NCBI GenBank assembly: GCA_023265155.1
Contig: JAHFUL010000001.1
Span: 52,516-105,935, forward strand
Direction of reading: 5' to 3'
DNA from: Acidobacteriota bacterium
GTDB lineage: Bacteria > Acidobacteriota > Vicinamibacteria > Vicinamibacterales > CAVVIG01
DNA: 53,420 nucleotides
Shown: in pieces, positions 46,762 to 53,420 of the stretch
How the letters are laid out: the number at the start of each line of letters is the position of its first letter
How positions within the stretch are numbered: position 1 is the stretch's first letter
Translations under genes and position numbers: made by a program
The notes under the pieces: generated by a model
What the model saw: the letters and a program-made list of their open reading frames with translations, nothing else
Database searches by the model: none
What the model was told of the DNA's origin: nothing

Positions 46762-48561
46762 ATGTCCTCGACCACCGCTTCTCCCTCAACCGCACTGCTC
46801 GGCGGCGGCGAGTGGCTGCTGCAGCCCTCGGATCCGGCCGGCGTCTTCACGCCAGAGCGCCTGTCGGAAGAACAGCGCATGATCGCCCAGACGGTCACGG
46901 ATTTCGTGAGCAACGAGGTACTGCCGTCGCTCGACCGCCTCGAGGAGAAGGACTGGACGCTGGCCCGGGCGCTCGTCCAGCGGGCCGGGGCGCTTGGCCT
47001 GCTGGGCGTCGACGTTCCCGAAGCGTACGGCGGCCTGCAGCTGGACAAGATCACGTCGATGATCGTGAGCGAACGGATGTCGCGATCGGCGTCGTTCGGG
47101 GCCACGTTCGGCGCCCAGGCGAATCTCATGATTCTCCCGCTGGTGCTCTTCGGCAGTGACGCCCAGAAACGCAAGTACCTCCCGAGGTTCCTGACGGGCG
47201 AGCTCATCGGCGCGTACTGCTTGAGCGAGCCCGGGTCGGGCTCCGACGCGCTCGGCGCGAAAGCCCGAGCGACGCGCCAGCCGGATGGGAGCTTCGTCCT
47301 GAACGGCGAGAAGGCGTGGATCACCAACGGCGGCTTCGCCGACGTCTACATCGTCTTCGGCAAGGTTCTCGACGCCGCCGGCGAGCACTTCACCGCCTTC
47401 ATCGTCGAGCGCGCGTTCCCCGGGGTGTCGAGCGGCAAGGAAGAGCACAAGATGGGTCTGCACGGGTCGTCCACGACGCCCGTGATCCTGCAGGACGTCA
47501 AGGTGCCCGCGGAGAACCTCCTCGGAGAAGTCGGCAAGGGACACAAGATCGCCTTCAATGTCCTCAACTTCGCGCGGTTCAAGCTCGGGGCGATGTGCGC
47601 GGGCGGCGCGCGCGTCGCGATCGCCGAGGCGGCGGCCTACGCGGGCCAGCGCAAGCAGTTCGGGCAGCCGATTGCCTCGTTTGGCGCCATCAAGCACAAG
47701 ATCGGCGAGATGGTGGTGCGGACGTATGCCATCGAGAGCTTGATCTACCGGACCGCAGGCCTGATCGATGATCGCATCCGGGCCACGCCGCACGATTCCG
47801 CGGATCAATCAGCGGCGCTGGCGGCGCTGGAGGAATACGCGATCGAAGCCTCGATCGCAAAAGTGGCCGGCAGCGAGATGCTGAACTTCGTCCTCGACGA
47901 GAACATTCAGATTCACGGCGGGAACGGGTTCGTGCGCGACTATCCGGCCGAGCGCCACTACCGCGACTCGCGTGTGAACCGCATTTTCGAAGGCACCAAC
48001 GAAATCAATCGCCTCTTGATTCCCGGGATGCTCGCCCGCCGGGCGGTCAAGGGAGAGCCTCCGATCATCGCCGCGGCAAAAGCTCTGCAGGCCGAGCTGC
48101 TCGCGCCTCCGGCCGCCGTGCCGGCGGAAGAGGGGACGCTGGCAGCGGAGCGCCGGGCGGTCGGCGCCTTCAAGAAATCGGCGCTGATGGTATTCGGCCT
48201 GGCGTTGCAGAAGTACGGGGACAAGCTGAGCGACCAGCAGGAAGTGCTGATGCACATCGCGGACATGCTGATGGACGTGTTCGCGGCCGACAGCGCCGTA
48301 CTTCGGGCGGACGCATCGGCCGCCGCCGAGGCGCCTCGCGCTGCCCTGCAGGCAGATGCCGCGCGGGTCTTCGTCAACGATGCGGTGATGCGGCTGCTGG
48401 CTTCCGCGCGCCAGGCTCTCCCCGTCATGGTCGATGGCGAAATGCTGACGATGGCGCTGGCGGCGCTGAAGCGCCTGCTGACCTCGACGCCGATTAATAC
48501 GGCGGCGCTGCGACGCGGCCTCGCTGACGAGACCGTCGCCCGGGGCGGCTACATCTTCTAG
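46762..48561 (+). CDS. Long-form acyl-CoA dehydrogenase
   Basis: 599 aa with ACAD N, middle and C domains (CLSEPGSGSDA, YPAERHYRDSRVNRIFEGTNEI) plus a C-terminal extension. Confidence 0.9.
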   Translation: MSSTTASPSTALLGGGEWLLQPSDPAGVFTPERLSEEQRMIAQTVTDFVSNEVLPSLDRLEEKDWTLARALVQRAGALGLLGVDVPEAYGGLQLDKITSMIVSERMSRSASFGATFGAQANLMILPLVLFGSDAQKRKYLPRFLTGELIGAYCLSEPGSGSDALGAKARATRQPDGSFVLNGEKAWITNGGFADVYIVFGKVLDAAGEHFTAFIVERAFPGVSSGKEEHKMGLHGSSTTPVILQDVKVPAENLLGEVGKGHKIAFNVLNFARFKLGAMCAGGARVAIAEAAAYAGQRKQFGQPIASFGAIKHKIGEMVVRTYAIESLIYRTAGLIDDRIRATPHDSADQSAALAALEEYAIEASIAKVAGSEMLNFVLDENIQIHGGNGFVRDYPAERHYRDSRVNRIFEGTNEINRLLIPGMLARRAVKGEPPIIAAAKALQAELLAPPAAVPAEEGTLAAERRAVGAFKKSALMVFGLALQKYGDKLSDQQEVLMHIADMLMDVFAADSAVLRADASAAAEAPRAALQADAARVFVNDAVMRLLASARQALPVMVDGEMLTMALAALKRLLTSTPINTAALRRGLADETVARGGYIF

Positions 48562-48696
48562 GAGTCTGCGCGGCAGTGGCGCGGCCCTTTCAGAGCCGCG
48601 TCCGGGGGGCCGAGAGCCCCGCGCTACAAATGGCTGAAAACCGCCGGAGCGCCGGGCAACCGTATCGGGGCTTCACTCGGGCAGTAACATAGACAC

Positions 48697-49341
48697 GTGC
48701 GCCTATCAGCCCTCGCCCTTCTGATCGGCCTCGCCGCCGCCGGTGGAGCCTGCAACCCTCCGCCGCCCGACGCAGGCGACTACGTCACGCGCCTGGCGGC
48801 TGTGCGCGCGAACAAGGACACGCAGTTCCAGCGGGAGTCCACACCAGTGCCTGAGGGCCGTAAGGCGGGCCTCCTGCCGCTCGCGTACTATCCTGTCGAT
48901 CCTGCTTACAACGTCCCGGCGGTTCTCAGGCCCTCCAGCGATGGCGCGATCGTGCTGATGCCGACCAGCACCGGCGAGCAGCGGCGGGAGCGGCGCGCGG
49001 GCACACTGGAATTCACGCTGAAAGGCGAGCCGATGACGCTGTCGGCTTTCGTTGAAGCGGACGCCTCCGACATGAATCACCTGTTCGTGCCGTTCCGCGA
49101 TCTCACGAGCGGCGCTGAAACCTATGAGGCCGGACGCTACCTCGAGCTGAGCCGTACGTCGACCGGCTACTACGAGCTGGACTTCAACCGGGCGTTCAAC
49201 CCGTACTGCTACTACAGCCTCGCGTATGAGTGTCCACTGCCGCCTCAGGAAAACCGGCTGAAGGTTCGCATCGACGCTGGCGAGAAGATCAGGAAGGAAG
49301 AAGACAAGAAGGAAGACAAGAAGGAAGAAGGAAAAAGGTAG
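48697..49341 (+). CDS. DUF1684-domain lipoprotein with a Lys/Glu-rich tail
   Basis: 214 aa with GTG start and a lipobox-like AAGGAC. YEAGRYLEL...FNRAFNPYCYYS..YECPLPP is typical of DUF1684. Confidence 0.8.
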   Translation: MRLSALALLIGLAAAGGACNPPPPDAGDYVTRLAAVRANKDTQFQRESTPVPEGRKAGLLPLAYYPVDPAYNVPAVLRPSSDGAIVLMPTSTGEQRRERRAGTLEFTLKGEPMTLSAFVEADASDMNHLFVPFRDLTSGAETYEAGRYLELSRTSTGYYELDFNRAFNPYCYYSLAYECPLPPQENRLKVRIDAGEKIRKEEDKKEDKKEEGKR

Positions 49342-49351
49342 AGAGCGGACC

Positions 49352-50023
49352 GTGCTGCGCGCCATCGTGTTCGACTTCGACGGCGTCATCGCGAACAGCG
49401 AGCCGCTGCATCTTCGCGCCTACCGGGACGTGCTCGCTGACTGCGGCGTCACGCTGACGGAAGCCGACTACTATTCCCACTATCTCGGCTACGACGATCA
49501 GGGCGTGTTCGAGGCGATTGCCGCCCAGTGGGACACCGCCTGGCGGCCCGATCGGATCGCCGACCTGATCCGCAGGAAGGCGCGGCGGCTGGAGGAACTG
49601 GAACGCGACGGGCCCGGTCTGTTTCCCGGCGCCGAGGCTGCGATCCACGCCGCAGCAGAAGCCATGCCGATCGCGATTGCATCCGGCGCGCTCGGCCCGG
49701 AAATCCGTCGCGTGCTCGATCGGGCCAATCTCACCCGGCACTTTACGGCGATCGTCTCAGCCGAAGACACCGCTGCAAGCAAGCCGGCGCCCGATCCGTA
49801 TTTGCGCGCCCTGGAAAGGCTGTCGGCCGCGCACGGTCCCTTGCTGCCCGGCGATTGCGTCGCTGTCGAGGATTCGTGCTGGGGTCTCGAATCGGCGCGA
49901 GCCGCGGGACTCCGAACACTGGCGGTTGCGCAGACCTATCGCGCAGAGGCCTTGGAACCTGCGGACCTGACCATCCCCTCGATGGAGGCGTTCGATCTCA
50001 ACGTGTTGCGGAAGCTCTTCTAG
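49352..50023 (+). CDS. HAD-IA family hydrolase (beta-phosphoglucomutase-like)
   Basis: 223 aa with motif I FDFDGVI, and a later KPAPDPY and EDS. Confidence 0.88.
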   Translation: MLRAIVFDFDGVIANSEPLHLRAYRDVLADCGVTLTEADYYSHYLGYDDQGVFEAIAAQWDTAWRPDRIADLIRRKARRLEELERDGPGLFPGAEAAIHAAAEAMPIAIASGALGPEIRRVLDRANLTRHFTAIVSAEDTAASKPAPDPYLRALERLSAAHGPLLPGDCVAVEDSCWGLESARAAGLRTLAVAQTYRAEALEPADLTIPSMEAFDLNVLRKLF

Positions 50024-50050
50024 CAGTCCGTGGCGCAAGTGGGTTGCCGC

Positions 50051-50077
50051 CAGACAAAGGGGTCAGACCCCTTTGTC
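50051..50077. repeat. Near-perfect palindrome CAGACAAAGGGGTC-A-GACCCCTTTGTC
   Basis: 12-nt arms around a single central A. Related half-sites GAAAAAAGGGGGTC (50088-50101) and CAGACAAAGG (50197-50206) lie downstream. Confidence 0.7.
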
Positions 50078-50299
50078 CACACGCGCGAAAAAAGGGGGTC
50101 TGGCTGTTTTAGCAAACAGCAGAGCTGGCGGCGCGCACGTCTTCTCAGATCTGCGGGAGTCGCGCGAGCCCCATCGTGGGCCCCCTCCAGAATTGTCAGA
50201 CAAAGGCCGATAGGCAAAGGGCGGGGGACTGTACCACTCTTGAGGGGGCAATCCGGCTTCATCAGGGGGCACTCCGGCCTCCGGATATAGCGATGAGAG

Positions 50300-50385
50300 A
50301 ATCCGAGAGATTGGTTCCCAATCTAAATATGTCTACATAGTTCTTTATTGTCATTTATTGTCATATAAAATCTCATAAAAGATGC
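50300..50385 (+). promoter_or_regulatory. AT-rich island upstream of the TonB-dependent receptor, with palindrome AGATTGG-TTC-CCAATCT (50308-50324) and tandem direct repeat TTTATTGTCA x2 (50344-50363)
   Basis: By eye this stretch is far below the window's G+C. It lies 80-160 nt upstream of ATG 50463, which has AAGGAG 8 nt upstream. Confidence 0.5.
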
Positions 50386-50462
50386 TAGCATGGAGGGCAG
50401 CTGGACCCCAGTACAGCGGCCGGCTGTTCTGCAGCCGGGCAGACTTCAAAGGAGCTCCCGCA

Positions 50463-53399
50463 ATGAATCGACTGGTCTTGATGTTCACGCTCATGCTGTC
50501 GATTGCCGTTCCGGCAGTCGCGCAGGTCAAGGGCGGCAACATCAGCGGCATCGTCAAGGACGACGAGGGCGGGGTCCTGCCTGGTGCATCTGTCACTGTG
50601 CACGGCGCGGACGCGACCCAGATGTCCATCACCGACGGAGGCGGACAGTACCGTTTTCTCGAGCTCGCCCCTGGAGCCTACACCGTGACGCTTGGTCTCT
50701 CGAGTTTCGCACCGGTCACGCGCGATGCGATTGTGGCGGTGGGTCGAACCGCCGACGTGTCCGTCACCTTGAAGCTCGCGAGCCGCGGTGAAACCATTGC
50801 GGTCACGGCTGCGCCACCGATCGTCGACCCGAGAGTCACCGGCACCTCCATCAATTTCAGCGGCGCCGAGCTCACATATATTCCAACCTCGCGCGACCCG
50901 TTCGCCCTGATGCGCACGGTCCCTGGCGTGCTTCTCGATCAGGTAAACGTGGGCGGCAACGAAACCGGCCAGCAGGCGGTCGTGCTGGGCAAGGCGTCAC
51001 GCCAGCAGGACACGTCGTGGACGATCGACGGCGTGGAGATCACGGACATGGGCGCTCCGGGCCAGGCGCCGACCTACTTCAACTTCGACAGTTTCGAAGA
51101 GATCCAGGTCGCGACGGCAGGCAAGGACATTCGATCACGTACGGGCGGCGTCGGCGTCAACCTGATCACGAAGCGTGGGACGAGCCGGTTTCGCGGCGGC
51201 GTCCGCAACTACTTCAGCAGCGACGCGCTCGAGAGCTCGAACGTGCCCGACGAGCTCAAGACTCTGGTGATTCCGATCACACCCGACACCGCTGACCACA
51301 CCATCCAGAGCTCCGATTACGGTTTCGACATTGGCGGGCCAGTGCTGAAGGACAAAGCCTGGTTCTACGCATCGCTCTCGCAGCAGGACATCAGAATCTT
51401 CAAGCGCTCGACCAAGGCGATCGACAAGACCAAGCTGCGCAATCCCCAGGTGAAGCTGAACTGGCAGGCCACGTCGAATGACATGGTCAACTTTCTCTTC
51501 TTCAACGGCTACAAGCTGAAGGATGGCCGCAGCAACGCCGCGAACGCAAGCACCAACGAGGCATTCGAAGCCACGCACCACCAGGACAACGCGTACAGCG
51601 ATTCGTCTCCGCTGCACGGCCTCTGGAAGATCGCCGACGACCGGGTGATTGGCTCGAACATGTTCCTGTCGGCAAAATACGCCTATTACAACACCGGGAT
51701 CGCGCTCACTCCGGAAGGCGGAATGGATGCGCAGGCGGGACGCAACGTCGATCAGTCCAGGGCGTACGGTTCGACTCTCCGGACACTTCAGATCCGGCCG
51801 CAACACTCCGTAACAGCCGACATGAACGAGTTCGTCCGGACATTCGGTGTCGCGCACGACGTGACCTACGGGTTTGGTTTCCGGCACGTCACCAATCTCG
51901 CCGAAGTGGAATGGCCGGGGAACGGTATCGTCGCGATAGAAGCGAGCGGGTCCACGATCGCGACCGGTCCTCGGGCGCAGGTGTTCCGGCAGGTTCACGG
52001 CGGCAACACCGTGAACTACCTGGACTTTTTCCTCGCCGACTCGATTTCGCTGAACCGCGCCACCGTCGACGTGGGCGTGCGCTACGACCAGGAGTGGGGC
52101 AATGCGCTGGCCTCGGAAGCCGCCGGCAGCAAGGCGTTCCCCTTGGTGATCCCGGGCGTGATCTTTGCCGGCTACGACTCGCCGTTCACCTGGAAGAACG
52201 TCTCCCCACGAGTAGGTCTGAGCTATCGCGTCGACGCCAGCGGCAAGACCGTGACGCGCGCGAGCTACAGCCGCTTCGCGGGGCAGCTGGCTCCGAGCAC
52301 CGTCGGGATCCGTAACCCGACAACCGGCAGCGCACCTGGAAGCGTCACCTACCATTGGGATGATCTCAACGGGGATCACTTCGCCCAGCCCGGTGAAGTC
52401 GACCTCACGCAACAGATCGGTGCAGCCGGCGGCGGTTTCGACGTGACGAACCCGACCTCGCTGACATCCCTGAACCGGGTGAATCCAGACATCAAGGCCC
52501 CGATCACGCAGAGCCTGGTCACAGGACTCGAACGTGAACTGATGCCGAACCTGGCGGTCATGGTTGACTACTCGTACAACCGCACGTCGAATCTCTTTGG
52601 GAACCTGAGCTCCAATCTCACGCCCCGCAATGGCATTCCGCTGTCAGCCTATGTGCCCGCGGCGATCTCGCCACTCACCGGCACACTGCCAGACGGCACG
52701 CCGTACAGCGTCGCCGTGTTCTCGACGCCGGCGGGTGCGACCGCGGCTGGCTCGCTGACGACGAACGTGCCGGGGTACTACATCGACTACCACGGCCTCG
52801 AGGTCAATATCGTCAAGCGGCTGTCGCACAGATGGATGGGACGTCTGACATTCGCGTACAACAACGCCCGGGAGCATTTCAGCTCCACGGATGGTCGCTA
52901 CAACACCAACGGCAACCCGACGCCGACGCCGTCCGAACCGCTCATCGACGGCGGTCAGCTGGCGCCGACCCAATCGACCAGCACCGGACTCTTTCTGAAC
53001 GCCAAATGGCAGTTCAATCTGAACGGCATGTATCAGGCCCCGTACGGGATCGAACTGGCGGCCAACGTCTTCGGCCGGCAGGGCTATCCGTTTCCGATTT
53101 ACCGGAGCAGCATCGCTCTCGGGCTGGACGCCAATCAGAACGTGCTGGTGTCGCCGGCGATTGACACGTTCCGGCTGGATAACGTGTGGGACACCGATCT
53201 GCGCATCGCCCGCCCGTTCCGCGTGCAGACCGGGAGGCAGCGCATCGACCTGCGGCTCGTGGGGGACATCTTCAACCTGTTCAACGCGAATACGGAGCTG
53301 GTACGGAACGGCAACATCTCGACCGCCACGACGTTCCAGTCATTGACGAAGAACCTGAGCCCGAGAATCTTCCGGGTCGGGCTGGTGGTCGGTTTCTAG
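50463..53399 (+). CDS. TonB-dependent outer-membrane receptor with an N-terminal carboxypeptidase-regulatory-like domain
   Basis: 978 aa from ATG 50463. Signal peptide MNRLVLMFTLMLSIAVPAVAQ, then GNISGIVKDDEGGVLPGASVTV (CarboxypepD_reg), a plug-like region, a long beta-barrel and a C-terminal aromatic residue (VVGF). Confidence 0.88.
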   Translation: MNRLVLMFTLMLSIAVPAVAQVKGGNISGIVKDDEGGVLPGASVTVHGADATQMSITDGGGQYRFLELAPGAYTVTLGLSSFAPVTRDAIVAVGRTADVSVTLKLASRGETIAVTAAPPIVDPRVTGTSINFSGAELTYIPTSRDPFALMRTVPGVLLDQVNVGGNETGQQAVVLGKASRQQDTSWTIDGVEITDMGAPGQAPTYFNFDSFEEIQVATAGKDIRSRTGGVGVNLITKRGTSRFRGGVRNYFSSDALESSNVPDELKTLVIPITPDTADHTIQSSDYGFDIGGPVLKDKAWFYASLSQQDIRIFKRSTKAIDKTKLRNPQVKLNWQATSNDMVNFLFFNGYKLKDGRSNAANASTNEAFEATHHQDNAYSDSSPLHGLWKIADDRVIGSNMFLSAKYAYYNTGIALTPEGGMDAQAGRNVDQSRAYGSTLRTLQIRPQHSVTADMNEFVRTFGVAHDVTYGFGFRHVTNLAEVEWPGNGIVAIEASGSTIATGPRAQVFRQVHGGNTVNYLDFFLADSISLNRATVDVGVRYDQEWGNALASEAAGSKAFPLVIPGVIFAGYDSPFTWKNVSPRVGLSYRVDASGKTVTRASYSRFAGQLAPSTVGIRNPTTGSAPGSVTYHWDDLNGDHFAQPGEVDLTQQIGAAGGGFDVTNPTSLTSLNRVNPDIKAPITQSLVTGLERELMPNLAVMVDYSYNRTSNLFGNLSSNLTPRNGIPLSAYVPAAISPLTGTLPDGTPYSVAVFSTPAGATAAGSLTTNVPGYYIDYHGLEVNIVKRLSHRWMGRLTFAYNNAREHFSSTDGRYNTNGNPTPTPSEPLIDGGQLAPTQSTSTGLFLNAKWQFNLNGMYQAPYGIELAANVFGRQGYPFPIYRSSIALGLDANQNVLVSPAIDTFRLDNVWDTDLRIARPFRVQTGRQRIDLRLVGDIFNLFNANTELVRNGNISTATTFQSLTKNLSPRIFRVGLVVGF

Positions 53400-53420
53400 C
53401 AGCCCCTGGTGAAGTCATAT

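Noticed and set aside
50024-50462. Riboswitch (e.g. cobalamin) in the long leader of the TonB-dependent receptor
   Set aside because: GGGGGCAATCCGGC superficially resembles part of the cobalamin-riboswitch core. I found no B12 box (AGYCMGG-type) and no matching helices, so there is not enough evidence.

Overview
High-GC bacterial chromosomal segment. The gene content, including a carboxypeptidase-regulatory-domain TonB-dependent receptor, suggests an Acidobacteriota-like soil bacterium, but that is inference only. The window is almost entirely housekeeping. It holds lepA preceded by a vapBC toxin-antitoxin pair and a truncated Ser/Thr-kinase remnant, citrate synthase, a processive family-2 glycosyltransferase, larB and mutS2. 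Next come a dnaG-rpoD-tRNA(CAT) unit, a COG1579 zinc-ribbon protein, rnhA, pgeF, acpS and a B12-type radical SAM gene. A complete minus-strand dcw cell-wall/division cluster runs mraZ-rsmH-ftsL-ftsI-murE-mraY-murD-ftsW-murG-murC-ftsQ-ftsA-ftsZ. After it come ychF, a three-gene nucleotide-sugar epimerase/aminotransferase set, murJ, a rhomboid protease, a fused E1 alpha-beta 2-oxoacid dehydrogenase, two alpha/beta hydrolases, an acyl-CoA dehydrogenase, a DUF1684 lipoprotein, a HAD hydrolase and a TonB-dependent receptor. I found no cas genes, transposases, integrases, reverse transcriptases or any recognisable multi-gene defence-type system, and I do not claim one. The unusual feature is non-coding: nearly every intergenic spacer longer than about 60 bp holds a structured repeat. 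One family is a GTAG-tailed REP that forms BIME-like tandem arrays. The largest is a 94-bp x 5.6 array that splits the dcw operon between murD and ftsW, and the TAG of this REP serves as the stop codon of three genes. Other families are long hairpins whose arms are themselves 7- or 8-bp tandem repeats, some strongly G-quadruplex-prone, plus 24-bp and 28-bp minisatellites. I also see a near-consensus sigma70-type promoter followed by three TGGAN boxes at 10-bp phasing upstream of mraZ, which I read as a candidate MraZ operator. All coordinates were read by hand from the sequence. Family assignments come from motifs visible in the supplied translations, not from database searches.
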